A stretch of DNA of 64,000 nucleotides from an uncultured Gemmatimonadota bacterium (lineage in GTDB: Bacteria > JAAXHH01), in contig OX638340.1 in NCBI GenBank assembly GCA_951812955.1, forward strand, positions 3,104,001 to 3,168,000, written 5' to 3'. Both the position numbers and the translations under genes were made by a program. Below, one piece after another: positions 40,199 through 51,291 of this stretch. A model generated the notes under the pieces. That model searched no databases, had not been told where the DNA came from, and saw nothing but the letters and a program-made list of their open reading frames with translations. Every line of letters starts with the position of its first letter. Positions within the stretch are counted from its first letter, which is position 1.

Positions 40199-41545
40199 CT
40201 ACTTGCCCCGGGATCTTTCCAACACCGCAAGCGCAATGTCCGTGACCCGCTCCGGGTCGCTCGCGATGACCCGAATCATGGGTTCCTTCCCCTCGTCCCC
40301 CAGGTCGTAGACGATATCCGGTACGAACCCCTGCTCCTCGATGACCCGGGCCGTTCCCCATTCGAGGGTCGAACCTTCCCGCGTTTTTGATTCCAGCGGT
40401 TCCTCGTGCCGGTCGAAGGCAGCCACGGACAGGCCCAGTCCCCGGCAGGCGCCGAGGATCGAATCATCGTATCGGATATTCATCACGGATCTCTTGTCCG
40501 GGTCTTTCCGCATGGCGGTAAGGATGATCCGGGCCACGTGGGAGGACGCGCCGAATTCGGGGGGCGCCACGGAACGGACGTCGCGGCGCAGGCGGATGAG
40601 CCGGCCGGGGAAGGCCGCTACGTCGTCCGCCGAACTTGCGCGAGACATTCCCATGCCCAGGTTGCATTGCACTTCGGGAACGAGATCCCCCGCGTGAGCG
40701 TTTTCGAGACGCCGCGCTGCCGCGGTAAGCTGGTCCAGGACCGAGAGGCGTTCGGCGTCGCGGTAGAGTTCGTGGAAGTGCTGGACCGGCCCGTGCCCCC
40801 CGCCCATGGGTAGGGCGTGACGCAGCGCCCCGGTCAGGTAGGTCTTGGCGTCTCTGACGGCTTCGGCCACCGGGACGCCTTTTGCCAGGCCGGCGGCGAT
40901 CGCGGAAGCAAATGTGCAGCCTGTACCGTGGGTGCTTCGCGTATCGATGCGTTCCGATTCAAGCGTTTCGAAGTTCCCGCCGTCGAATAACACGTCTACG
41001 GCCGGTCCTTCGAGGTGCCCGCCCTTGACGACCACGTTGCGCGGCCCCATTTCGAAGAGTCTGCGCGCGACCGTCCGCATCCCGTCCACGTCCGAAGCCT
41101 CGATTCCCGTCAGCGCCCGCGCCTCGTCCAGGTTCGGCGTAATGACCGTGGCAAGGGGGATCAGCCGTTCGATGAGCGTGGATACCGCCTCCGGTTCGAG
41201 CAGCGCGTCGCCGCTCTTGGCGATCATCACCGGGTCCACGACAATAGGGATCTCCGTATATCCCCGCAGCACGTCGGCCACGGCGGCGAGGATATCCGCG
41301 TTGGCCAGCATGCCCGTCTTGATGACCTGGGCGCCGATATCGGTCAGGACGGAATCGATCTGCGCGGCCACCACCTCGGGCGACAGGTTGTGGACCGCCT
41401 GCACGCCGAGGGTGTTCTGCGCCGTGACCGACGTAACGGCGGACATGCCGTAAACGCCGTTTGCCGAGAAGGTCTTGAGATCAGCCTGGATGCCGGCTCC
41501 GCCGCCGGAGTCGGAACCCGCAATGGTGAGTGCTACGGGGATCAT
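40199..41545 (-). CDS. thiDN: Bifunctional hydroxymethylpyrimidine/phosphomethylpyrimidine kinase ThiD fused to a ThiN-type thiamine-phosphate synthase domain (ThiDN)
   Basis: The N-terminus [26 protein letters not shown]... runs into GTGCT, which is ThiD. An extra C-terminal domain of about 180 aa (VPEVQCNLG...) has ThiN character. Confidence 0.75.
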   Translation of the reverse strand: MIPVALTIAGSDSGGGAGIQADLKTFSANGVYGMSAVTSVTAQNTLGVQAVHNLSPEVVAAQIDSVLTDIGAQVIKTGMLANADILAAVADVLRGYTEIPIVVDPVMIAKSGDALLEPEAVSTLIERLIPLATVITPNLDEARALTGIEASDVDGMRTVARRLFEMGPRNVVVKGGHLEGPAVDVLFDGGNFETLESERIDTRSTHGTGCTFASAIAAGLAKGVPVAEAVRDAKTYLTGALRHALPMGGGHGPVQHFHELYRDAERLSVLDQLTAAARRLENAHAGDLVPEVQCNLGMGMSRASSADDVAAFPGRLIRLRRDVRSVAPPEFGASSHVARIILTAMRKDPDKRSVMNIRYDDSILGACRGLGLSVAAFDRHEEPLESKTREGSTLEWGTARVIEEQGFVPDIVYDLGDEGKEPMIRVIASDPERVTDIALAVLERSRGK

Positions 41546-41570
41546 TTGCGGTAAATGGCCTGGGGAATCG

Positions 41571-43082
41571 TCAGGTTGACTTAGGTTGGTTTTCGTAGAA
41601 CTTCTTGATCAGGCGGTCCAGGTATTCTCCGGGGTTCCTGATCGCGTCTTCCGTGATCTTCAGTTCCCGGGCCTGGATCAGCTTCAGACCGTGGACGTAA
41701 TCCCTGAAAAGCTCCATTCCCATGCTTTCAGGGGTACTGCCGCGCTGCTCGGCGAGATGCTCCAACGCCGCGGACGCGGCTTCGTCCAACGTGAGGGTTA
41801 TGTCGTGTTCCTCGAAGTACACCTGTAGTTCCTCGGCGGGCTCGGGAGGCGCTTCCGCAAGGGTCCGCTCGAGCTCACGTTCCGGGTTCTCCACCACGGC
41901 CGCCGTCACGTCGAACCGTTTCACCGTACTGGAAGGCAGTTTCTTCTCGAACTTGATCAGGATCCGCTCCATCGTACCGATGAGGCCGCGGGCGCCCGTA
42001 CCCGACCGGTGGGCCCGTTCCGCGATCAGGCGCAACGATTCCTCGTCGAAGTCGACTTCGATGCCGTAGGCCTTGAAGTCAAGCTTCTTGGCGATAATGA
42101 CCGGCCCGTTCGGGTTCCGAAGGATCTGGAAAAGGTCGTCGACACTGAGTTTGTGAAGCACGGCGGTCACCGGCAACCGCCCGATGAATTCCGACTCGAA
42201 GCCGTACTCGATCAGGTCCTCCGCGGTCACGTACGGCAGCCATTCGCCATCCTCCGGCTTTTTCACGCTGTCGCCCTGCCCGAACCCCATAGCCTGCACG
42301 CTCATTCGTTTCCTGATGATCTCTTCCAGGTTGGCAAAGGCGCCGCTGACGATGAACAGGATATTGCGTGTATTGATTCGTTTTCTTTCCACTTTGCCCG
42401 TTTTCTGGAACTGGAGGGCGTTCTCCATCTGAGACGTAAGATCGTGAGGCGCCTGCAGGTCCACGTCCGTTTCTTCCATCAGCTTCAGCAGCGTGCGCTG
42501 CACCCCGGTCCGCGACACGTCCGGTCCCACGGTGTTGCCGGACGAGGCGATCTTGTCGATCTCGTCGATGTAAATAATGCCGTATTCCGCCAGCTTGATG
42601 TTGCCATCGGCCTCGTGGACCAGCGAACGGACCAGTTCGTCCACGTCTCCGCCCACATAGCCTGTTTCACTGAACCGCGTTGCGTCGCCCTTTACGAAAG
42701 GCACGCCGATCTTGCTGGCGATGAGCTTGATGAGGTAGGTCTTCCCAACGCCGGTCGAGCCGATCAGGATGATGTTGTTCTTGATGTTGCCGACCGGTTC
42801 CTTCTCCTCCTGGAGCCGGATCCGGTTGAAGTGGGTGCAGATCTTGGTGGCCAGGATCTCCTTCGCCTCGTCCTGACGGATGACGTACTCGTTCAGGTAG
42901 GCTTCCAGTTCTTCGGGCTTCATGTCGAAGCGGATTTCGGGCAACGGAGTTTCTTCCGCGGGCGGATCCGCGGGGACGCCTTCCTTTTCCGGCTGGGCGA
43001 ACTGCACCTGCGCGCCGTACTTGTTCGAGAAGAAATCTTTCAGGTCCTTCTGTATGTCACCCATGTCGGGGGTCTTTGCCAT
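41571..43082 (-). CDS. ClpX-family AAA+ ATPase lacking the N-terminal zinc-binding domain
   Basis: Walker [11 protein letters not shown], Walker [10 protein letters not shown], and a sensor region [11 protein letters not shown] are collinear with ClpX/HslU. There is no C4 zinc ribbon, and the N-terminal extension is acidic. Confidence 0.7.
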   Translation of the reverse strand: MAKTPDMGDIQKDLKDFFSNKYGAQVQFAQPEKEGVPADPPAEETPLPEIRFDMKPEELEAYLNEYVIRQDEAKEILATKICTHFNRIRLQEEKEPVGNIKNNIILIGSTGVGKTYLIKLIASKIGVPFVKGDATRFSETGYVGGDVDELVRSLVHEADGNIKLAEYGIIYIDEIDKIASSGNTVGPDVSRTGVQRTLLKLMEETDVDLQAPHDLTSQMENALQFQKTGKVERKRINTRNILFIVSGAFANLEEIIRKRMSVQAMGFGQGDSVKKPEDGEWLPYVTAEDLIEYGFESEFIGRLPVTAVLHKLSVDDLFQILRNPNGPVIIAKKLDFKAYGIEVDFDEESLRLIAERAHRSGTGARGLIGTMERILIKFEKKLPSSTVKRFDVTAAVVENPERELERTLAEAPPEPAEELQVYFEEHDITLTLDEAASAALEHLAEQRGSTPESMGMELFRDYVHGLKLIQARELKITEDAIRNPGEYLDRLIKKFYENQPKST

Positions 43083-43392
43083 ATGGGGTCGATCCTTTCG
43101 GCAACCTTTATCCGTTCGTACTGAAGCGGGCCTGCTGGCAAAAAGCGCCGGCGCCTGTTCACTAACGCCGCCCGATATGGCGCTAGTGGTACAACCCGGT
43201 AATATAGGTCATCGCGGGCATTCGGGCAAACGCATTTGACATGACGGTTCCGTGCATTGGGCGATTCCTCGCCTGCTGGCATCGCCCATTTCGGTTAAGT
43301 GATCCATCCTGCTAAACTTTCTGACTGACAACCATTGAAAGTTTCGCGGGGTATCGAAAAACCGGTAATAAAGTGGTGAAGGCGTCCCGCGC

Positions 43393-44401
43393 CTAGGTGC
43401 CGTCGGGGTAGACAAGGCGGGTTATTCGGCTAGACAGATCATGGACGTATGTGAACGTCTTGTCACCGGTCAGGCCGTCGATTTCGACCTGCTTGACGCG
43501 CACGTTGCCGAGATGGTCGTAGGCGTACAGGTAGCTGACCTCGGCGGCCGGGTCAGCGTCGGTATTCTCCTCGACCTTTGCAAGGCGCCCCTGGGCGTAG
43601 TTGGGACCGCCACCCGCGATGGCATCGTTGTCTGCGGCATCGCCGTCGTCGTAGGTCATGCGGCTTCGCCACGAGGTGTTGTCGCGTTCGAAGGGGTAGG
43701 TTGCTCTCCGGATCGAGGGAGGCGAACGTGGCCGTCGCCTCGCCCACGCGCGTTACGCGGCCGAAGTCGTCGTAGATTTTGAAGGTGATTTTCTCGGTGG
43801 CGTTGCCCGTGCCTGCAGCCTTCTGCCGCGTGTCCTGTGAAAAACGCACGCGGCCCAGGTCGTCGTACTTGTAGCGGACAGGTCCGTCGGCATCGGGGTG
43901 ATGCCTGGAGGTCATGCGCCCCAGGGTGTCGTAGGCATAGCGCGAGGTGCCGCCGCCCGGCATGGTTGTCGAGACGAGGCGGTCCAGGGCGTCGTAGACA
44001 AAGGACGTTTTGTTGTTCCTGGTGGCGGCACTCGTACCCGCCGAGTCGGCTATGGCATAGCGCATGCGTCCATAGGCGTCGTAGACGCTGGTGGTCAGGA
44101 CCCCCTTTTCGTCGTCTACAGTCCGAAATGAGCGTCCCTGGCCGGACTCGATACCCCAGTTCCCGTAGCGTGAATCGACCGCGTTATCCTGTGTATGCCC
44201 GGGCGGTATGACGCGGGAGACCCTCAGCAGGGGGTCGTCGTCGTAGGAGACTTGAGTGATGCGTTCTGCCGCGTCTGCGCTGGCCAGGGCGCCGTAGGTA
44301 TGCGAAGGCGACAGGTACGCGGGTCCGAGCAGCGTATCGGGTTTATTGACGCGGTTGTAGTTCGTCTGGGTGACGATGTCGTTTGCGCCGGCTCGACGCA
44401 T
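43393..44401 (-). pseudogene. Rhs/YD-repeat gene fragment (displaced, frameshifted, truncated; no C-terminal tip)
   Basis: Two overlapping-frame ORFs (43553-44401 and 43393-43659) are homologous to residues about 1590-1990 of the large Rhs protein. A premature stop follows YPDGT. Confidence 0.75.
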
Positions 44402-45002
44402 GCAGCAGAAGATGCACCGACTGGGCTATGGATTGGAACCTCGATGCCAGCCTGACCCTGAATGTTATGGACTACAAACCACTGGCCGAATTCGAACGGA
44501 GGTTAACACGCATTAAGACAGTAGCTTAACTACTTGTCCCATTTTTGGGTGCACTACATGTCATTGCCATATACACGCCTGAAGGTCCGCAACGTGATCC
44601 CCTTGTTGGTAGGACCGCCGGGGTCGTTGGGATGATCTACGTATCCACCCTCATGGACTAATACATGTTCGAGGGATGGGGAGAAATTGGGTTTCATATT
44701 GGTTTCTGAATCCCTTTCGGTGGTGTGTTCTGCATTTGTTTAACCTCTGGTTACCTACACAGATGGTGTTTATAGTGCATTTCCCTCATTTATCACAGTT
44801 CCCGCTCATATGCAAACTCGCACACACCAATTCCCTTTGGGAAGGAGTTGATCGACGTTAACCGATCTTCTCAAAATTCGAACATGGAGGTCAGGCCAAC
44901 TTCATCGCATTAACGTCAGAAATACGTTTTTAACCGAAATACCAGATTCGGACTGTCGCATCTGGTATTTCGGAAATAAATGATAGGTATGAAAGTTCGA
45001 AG

Positions 45003-45326
45003 TTATAAGTCTATTAAGCCAAAAAGACGGAAAAAGCTGATTAGGTTGAAGAAAAAAGTACCAATTCCTGTTGTTACGATTAAAATTTTGGTACCTATGT
45101 CCTGTTTATCCCAGTGCTTTATGTCCTTCCAATAGGATAACATAACTAAATTGGCTATCACAGTTACTGTATAGATTGTATCTAACCCATACGCATCTAT
45201 AATGTCACCAAGGTATTCTGACAGAGTCTCCTTAGTATCCCGATAAGGGTTCCCACCGCTCCAAATGCTCCTAAGCAAAACTATCACCCCTACCAATGCC
45301 AGCACTCTACTTACTAATTTCGTCAT
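45003..45326 (-). CDS. Small 3-TM membrane protein, candidate immunity protein for the orphan-2 Rhs tip
   Basis: 107 aa with three hydrophobic helices. GC is clearly low for this genome (AT-rich by eye), and it lies 30 bp downstream of the rhs module stop. Confidence 0.5.
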   Translation of the reverse strand: MTKLVSRVLALVGVIVLLRSIWSGGNPYRDTKETLSEYLGDIIDAYGLDTIYTVTVIANLVMLSYWKDIKHWDKQDIGTKILIVTTGIGTFFFNLISFFRLFGLIDL

Positions 45327-45355
45327 CTAATGTATTTCCTAGGTTGTAGGGTTGC

Positions 45356-47644
45356 TTAGCGCTCATCGTCATCTGGAATAACCGTTTTTGCTGCTTCCTT
45401 CGCCGTATCGTACGATCCACCCTTCCGATCCGATACGAATTCTCCAGTCTTGGCATCACGATATCTCGGTCCGGTGCCATTAAAAGACGTAGGTTTTATT
45501 CTAAGCCTCGAAATGACATTTAACGTTCTCGAGGTTACCATGTTTAATAAGGTAGCCCTAATTTGGTCTGTGGCTCTTTGGGATGAGCCTTCGAAAAACA
45601 GGGCATCTGCTGTTAGTGCAAACGTTTTTGTTATATCTGCACCTGTACCTATAACTGCCGAGGCTCTTACAGAGCCTAACGATCCTGCCGTTATAAAAGG
45701 ATTCCCTGAAACCAAACCCGCACCGGCACCAACTAAACCACCAGCCACACCGTAATCTGCTCCTGCCGAAACAGCATCGCTAGCTACAATGCTAGTCTGT
45801 ATAGCTTCCTGGATCGCGTCTACTGCAGCAAACCTTAATGTACGAATCTCCGATGCTATTTTTGCATAGAGGTAGTGATGCGGCTCATGATGGCTATTTC
45901 CATCCGGATCCACATACTTGAGCGGATTGTTGTTGGCATAGGCATAGGGGCTCAATCCCGGGTACTCGCCCTGCATGGGATCGGGTCTTAAGAACCTGCC
46001 TATATCGTTAGCGTACGACCTTGCGAGCATGTAGTCAAGGCCGGACTCTGAGTCTCTCTCGTGCCCGGTGAACCGGAAATGCGTGGAACCCGTGCCACTC
46101 AATGCCAAAACCTTGCCGTAGGGCCAGTAGTCGTAGATGGCGGTGACTGTGCCTTCCTCATCCACGAGGCTTCTGGTGCTTCCGAGATGATCGGTCAGGT
46201 AGTAGCTTGCGCTACTTCCTGCTATCCGCGCTATTCTTCTGCTGCCCGCGTACACGTACCTTGCAGATAGCATCTGGCCTGAGTATTCGGCGAGTACGCT
46301 GCCGTCCGCTCCCCGCAGGTAGTAGGTGACGGCCGTTCCGACGGTTTTCTTCACGCGCCGTCGGTCCGGATCCATGAGATACCGTGCGCTGCCGTAGCCG
46401 GTGGTAAGCCCGCGGTAGTCGTAGCTCACCGTATCGGCGCCCCTTCGCGTCATCCACCCGTTTTGGTTGTAGGCGTAGATCTGCCCTCCCGTGCCGGTCG
46501 TGCTGTCCAGCCTGTTGGGTGTGGAGGATGCCGAGTAGTTGTAGGTGAGCGTGGTAGTACCTGTGACCAGGCTGGTGATATTGCCGTTCCTGTCGTAGGC
46601 GTAATCCTGCGAGGCACCGCCCGACGCGTCGAAGCCGGTGATCCGGTACAGGTCGTCGTAGGCGTAGTCCGCGGTCTTGGACGCCGCGGTGCCGTGCCGG
46701 TACACCTGCCTGGTGACGTTGCCCACGTGGTCGTAGGTGAGCGTAGACCTGAACGTGCCTGCATAGTTCAGGTCGGTGACCCATTCCCGCGCGTTGTAGG
46801 TGTAGGATCCGGTGATGGCGCCGTCTCCCGCGCCATCTCCCACTCCGTCGCCCACGGTGTGGGTGGCGATATTGCCCGCTGCGGTGTGGGTGTAAGCGAC
46901 CAGGGTCTTGCCTTGCGCATCCCACACGCGGCTGAGCCGCCCGGCGCTGTCGTAGGCGTAGCGCGCCTGGCTGCCGTCGGGGTAGATCAGGCGGGTTACG
47001 CGCCCGGCCAGGTCGTGGAGGTATGTGAGCGTCTTGTCGCCGGCCAGGCCGTCGATTTCGACCTGCTTGACACGCACGTTGCCGAGATGGTCGTAGGCGT
47101 AATGATGGATGACCTCGGTCGCCGCATCCGCGTCGGTATTCTCCTCGACGTTGGTCAGGCGCCCCTGGGCGTAGTTGGGCCCGTCGCCTGCGGCATCGCC
47201 GTCGTCGTAGGTCATGCGGCTGCGCCAGGAGGTGGCATCGGTCTCGAAGGGGTAGGTGCTATCGGGATCGAGGGAGGCGAACGTGGCCGTCGCCTCGCCC
47301 ACGCGCGTTACGCGCCCGAAGGCATCGTACACGGTGTAGGTAACCTTGCCGGTGCCGGCAGCGCGCTGCCGCGCGTCCTGTGAAAAACGCACGCGGCCCA
47401 GGTCGTCGTACTTGTATTGCGTGGCCCCGTCGGCATCGGGGTGATGCCTGGAGGTCATGCGCCCCAGGGTGTCGTAGGCATAGCGCGAGGTGCCGCCGCC
47501 CGGCATGGTGGTCGAGGTGAGTCGGTCCAGGGCGTCGTAGGCGAAGGATGTTTTGTTGTTGCGGGTAGCAGCGTCCGTGCCCGCCGAGTCGGCTATGGCA
47601 TAGCGCATGCGGCCGTAGGCGTCGTAGACGCTGGCGGTTGCCAC
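45356..47644 (-). CDS. Orphan Rhs-repeat module (core 3' part + DPxG junction + distinct Gly-rich hydrophobic C-terminal toxin tip); lacks N-terminus and start
   Basis: YD repeats are collinear with the large Rhs gene, and nucleotide homology extends to about 47840. The junction is ...NNPLKYVDPDGNSHHEPHH. The tip is about 200 aa with a GVAGGLVGAGAGLVSGNPFITAGSLG segment. Confidence 0.85.
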   Translation of the reverse strand: MATASVYDAYGRMRYAIADSAGTDAATRNNKTSFAYDALDRLTSTTMPGGGTSRYAYDTLGRMTSRHHPDADGATQYKYDDLGRVRFSQDARQRAAGTGKVTYTVYDAFGRVTRVGEATATFASLDPDSTYPFETDATSWRSRMTYDDGDAAGDGPNYAQGRLTNVEENTDADAATEVIHHYAYDHLGNVRVKQVEIDGLAGDKTLTYLHDLAGRVTRLIYPDGSQARYAYDSAGRLSRVWDAQGKTLVAYTHTAAGNIATHTVGDGVGDGAGDGAITGSYTYNAREWVTDLNYAGTFRSTLTYDHVGNVTRQVYRHGTAASKTADYAYDDLYRITGFDASGGASQDYAYDRNGNITSLVTGTTTLTYNYSASSTPNRLDSTTGTGGQIYAYNQNGWMTRRGADTVSYDYRGLTTGYGSARYLMDPDRRRVKKTVGTAVTYYLRGADGSVLAEYSGQMLSARYVYAGSRRIARIAGSSASYYLTDHLGSTRSLVDEEGTVTAIYDYWPYGKVLALSGTGSTHFRFTGHERDSESGLDYMLARSYANDIGRFLRPDPMQGEYPGLSPYAYANNNPLKYVDPDGNSHHEPHHYLYAKIASEIRTLRFAAVDAIQEAIQTSIVASDAVSAGADYGVAGGLVGAGAGLVSGNPFITAGSLGSVRASAVIGTGADITKTFALTADALFFEGSSQRATDQIRATLLNMVTSRTLNVISRLRIKPTSFNGTGPRYRDAKTGEFVSDRKGGSYDTAKEAAKTVIPDDDER

Positions 47645-48367
47645 GCCCTTCTCATCGTCTACGGTCCGGAACGACCGTCCCTGGCCGGACTCGGTGCCCC
47701 AGTTCCCGTAGCGTGAATCGACCGCGTTATCCTGTGTATGCCCGGGTGGTATGACGCGGGAGATCCTCAGCAGGGGGTCGTCGTCGTAGGTGGTCTGGAT
47801 GATGCGTTCTGCAGCGTCTGCGCGGGCCAGGGCGCCGTAGGTATGCTAGGCGGCCGGTGCACAGACCTGAGGACGTGCTTGGGAAGGCTCGTCCGGTTGT
47901 ATCTCGATCGGGCTTCTACATCGCCGGCGCCAGACCCAACTCTGGTCTGTATACAGAGCGCCAGGGTCTATAATCCGCCTGGTACAGTATCAGCCACATA
48001 GGCGAAGTCTGTTGCACAGAACAAGACATCGTCGGTCCACCAATGGTCATGACCGGCCGTATCATTACGGACAGACCGACCTATGAGACTGTATAGAGGC
48101 ACACCGAGGTCGTTTATGATGTTCTGATGTTTTCATTTGTGAGCCTTCTGCATTTACTCTCAACTGACCACCGACAAAAGTGAAACCGGGCTTGCCACGA
48201 CACCTGATCTACCAAAACAGTGGGTTTAGCCAGACCGGAAGAATCCATTGAGTACGGTACCTATAAAACAACTCTGTCCTTGCTTCAAAATAACACAGGA
48301 CCTGGACAAGCTGCGTTCCTATCAACAGCAGGCAACAACCTGTCCAGGAACCCGGCATATACCCAAC

Positions 48368-49036
48368 CTATTGCGGAAAATGTCGTTGATCGAACGTGAC
48401 GGACCAACTCCCTTCTGCCCAACTTTTTGGCGATAGCTTGACTGTTGTATCATTGATCCACTGCAATGCACCAAAGTACTTATCAAATACAAACTCGTCA
48501 GGCATATCCGTAACAACAAGGACCCTGTCTAGAATCTCTTTGGAACGGTTTCTGAGCTGGATGTAAATCCGGATCTCTTCGATTTCGTGTTCGACGAAGA
48601 CCTCGGCGACAAGGCGCCTTCCATTTCTCCACCAGACGCGTTTCCGCCAGGTCCACTGATTCACAAAGTTAAGGTCCAAGACCGCTTGCCGGGCTTTCTC
48701 GTATGGCTCAATGTCCCATCCATAAGCCCGCGTCACGATCTCGATGCCCCGGAATAACCAATTCAATGCCTTGTGTTTCTTCTCATATGCGCTGAGTTCA
48801 AAGAAGGCCAATGGATCATCCTTGATTTGTAGCTCGAGACATCCAAGCATGTCTAGTACATTCTGCCTTTTTGGCTGTGGCACGATAAAGACCGATATCT
48901 TCCATGCTTTTCCTGACTCACGAGGTGGTGTGAAATGCCTCTGGAACAAGGCGAGTACTGATCGTGTCTCATTTACAAATCGATGACTAGTCCACCACTC
49001 TAGTTTGGGTGCGTATAGACCAAACTGTCTTATCAT
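48368..49036 (-). CDS. Low-GC cytoplasmic protein, candidate immunity protein for the orphan-1 Rhs tip
   Basis: 222 aa with no signal or TM segment. It lies 26 bp downstream of the rhs tip, and its GC is far below the genome background. Confidence 0.45.
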   Translation of the reverse strand: MIRQFGLYAPKLEWWTSHRFVNETRSVLALFQRHFTPPRESGKAWKISVFIVPQPKRQNVLDMLGCLELQIKDDPLAFFELSAYEKKHKALNWLFRGIEIVTRAYGWDIEPYEKARQAVLDLNFVNQWTWRKRVWWRNGRRLVAEVFVEHEIEEIRIYIQLRNRSKEILDRVLVVTDMPDEFVFDKYFGALQWINDTTVKLSPKSWAEGSWSVTFDQRHFPQ

Positions 49037-49061
49037 GATTTCTCCTGGGGTTGGACTTCGG

Positions 49062-50918
49062 TCAGGGTTGCTGCTGCCTAATTAACTTTTGTCCTTCACT
49101 ACGCAATCGGTCCGAAGCTGCCTTCTCGGCCTCAAGCGCGGCCTGTCGCCCCGGAACATCGGTTTCAACTATCCGTGCCGAATAGGTTCCAGCCCCCTCT
49201 TGGCGGTTGAACGCATTTACCTGCGTGTTCGCACGGGGTGATGTACCGTCTACGTTAAGCGGCCTACCACTGATTCCCGTTTTGACCACATCACCAGTTT
49301 CTGTGTTGTAGATTTCGTATCGATGTTGCGGCTTGGTACTGAGTTTCGAGTTACCATGAATCGCGCTTCTAGCAGCGTCCGCCGCGTCGGCGCCTTGATC
49401 TGCCGCACGAGTTCCTCGTAGTACTTTAATGAGCGTACCGGCACCACCTGGCACGCCTGGAGCAATGGTTGCCGCCACATCCACGACGAGGCCGACCGCA
49501 TCAAGTGCTGCCCAACCGTAACTGCCCTAGCGGATATTCTGAGCCAGCGACGCCGCACCAATCCCGATGTTGACGACATCCCAGATTGTCTCGGCGGCTC
49601 TTCCATCCGGATCCACATACTTGAGCGGATTGTTGTTCGCATAGGCATATGGACTGATCCCCGGATACTCGCCCTGCATGGGATCGGGCCGCAGGAACCT
49701 GCCGACATCATAAGCGTACGACCTTGCGAGCATGTAGTCAAGGCTGGACTCTGAGTCTCTCTCGTGGCCGGTGAACCGGAAGTGCGTTGAGCCGGTGCCG
49801 CTCAAGGCCAGAACCTTGCCGTAGGGCCAGTAGTCGTAGGCGGCGGTGACGGCGCCTTCCTCATCCACGAGGCTTCTGGTGCTTCCGAGATGATCGGCCA
49901 GGTAGTAACTTGCGCTGTCTCCCGCTATTCGGGCGATCCGCCTGCTGCCGGCGTACACGTACCTGGCAGAGAGCGTCTGACCCGAGTATTCGGCCAGGAC
50001 GCTGCCGTCTGCGCCGCGCAGGTAGTAGGTGACGGCGGTCCCGACGGTCTTCTTCACGCGCCGTCTGTCGGGATCCATGAGATACCGTGCGCTGCCGTAG
50101 CCGGTGGTAAGCCCGCGGTAGTCGTAGCTCACCGTATCGGCGCCCCTTCGCGTCATCCACCCGTTGGGGTTATAGGCGTAGATCTGCCCTCCCGTACCGG
50201 TGGTGCTGTCCAGCCGGTTGAGTGTGGAGGCGGACGTGTAGTTGTAGGTGAGCGTACTGGTACCTGTGACCAGGCTGGTGATATTTCCGTTCCTGTCGTA
50301 GGCGTAGTCCCGGCTCGCGCTGCCCGACACGTCGAAGTCCGTGATCCGGTACAGGTCGTCGTAATCGTAGTCCGCGGTTATGGACGCGGCGCTGCCGTGC
50401 CGGTGCACCTGCCTGGTGACGTTGCCCGCGGGATCGTAGGTGAGCGCGGACTTAAACTTACCCGCATAGTTCAGGTCGGTGACCCATTCCCGCGCGTTGT
50501 AAGTGTAAGCACCAATGACGATGCCGTCTCCCGCGCCATCTCCCACTCCGTCGCCCACGGTGTGGGTGGCGATGTTGCCCGCTGCGGTATGGGTGTATGC
50601 TGCCAGGGTTTTGCCTTGCGCATCCCACACGCGGCTGAGCCGCCCGGCGCTGTCGTAGGCGTAGCGCGCCTGGCTGCCGTCGGGGTAGATCAGGCGGGTT
50701 ACCCGCCCAGCCAGGTCATGGACGTATTCCAGCGTCCTGGCGCCGGTGAGGCCATCGATGGTCACCTGCTTGACGCGCACGTTGCCCAGGTGATCGTAGG
50801 CGTAGAGGTGGGTGACCTCGGCGGTCGCGTCGACGTCGGTGTTCTCCTCGACTTTGGTCAGACGCCCCTGGGCGTAGTTGGGTCCGCTGGAGACGGCATC
50901 GCCGCCGTCGTAGGTCAT
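49062..50918 (-). pseudogene. Orphan Rhs-repeat module with distinct C-terminal tip interrupted by an in-frame TAG (49527-49529)
   Basis: ORFs 49527-50918 and 49062-49484 are in the same frame, separated by a single amber codon 20 aa after the DPDGR junction. The tip contains ...AIHGNSKLSTKPQHRYEIYNTETGDVVKTGISGRP... Confidence 0.7.
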
Positions 50919-51291
50919 GCGGCTGCGCCAGGAGGTGTTGTCGGGGTGACGCGGATGAGGCCGTGTTTACTCGGAGTAATTGGGCTTGCTAGGAGCGGAT
51001 AGTGAGTAAAGCACTTACCTAGTATGTCGCCTTTGCATGCGACGGGTCCAATCCGACCGGCTACCGTTGCGTCGAAGGCGGCCTGAAGCCACTCAGTCGT
51101 TCAGCCTTGTCCTAAATTGTCAGCATGATTTGCTGAGATTGGTTTTCTTGATTCTCTACAACAAATGTCTGACGCTCAATTCTCATTGTAGCATCTGTCT
51201 ATCCAACGTAGCAACTATGAACTCCATCGAATAAACCATTCAAACATCCAAGCCGACGTACCTACAGGACATTGTTAGTCCGTTCAGAAGC

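Noticed and set aside
43083-43392. Possible TPP riboswitch or tRNA upstream of the clpX-like-thiDN pair
   Set aside because: No CUGAGA/ACCUGAUCUGGAUAAUGCCAGCG-like TPP core or tRNA cloverleaf could be recognised by eye on either strand.
44676-44861. 61-aa plus-strand ORF in the AT-rich gap of the rhs array
   Set aside because: It is short, has no RBS and lies within a region that looks like decayed sequence. It is likely a remnant rather than a gene.
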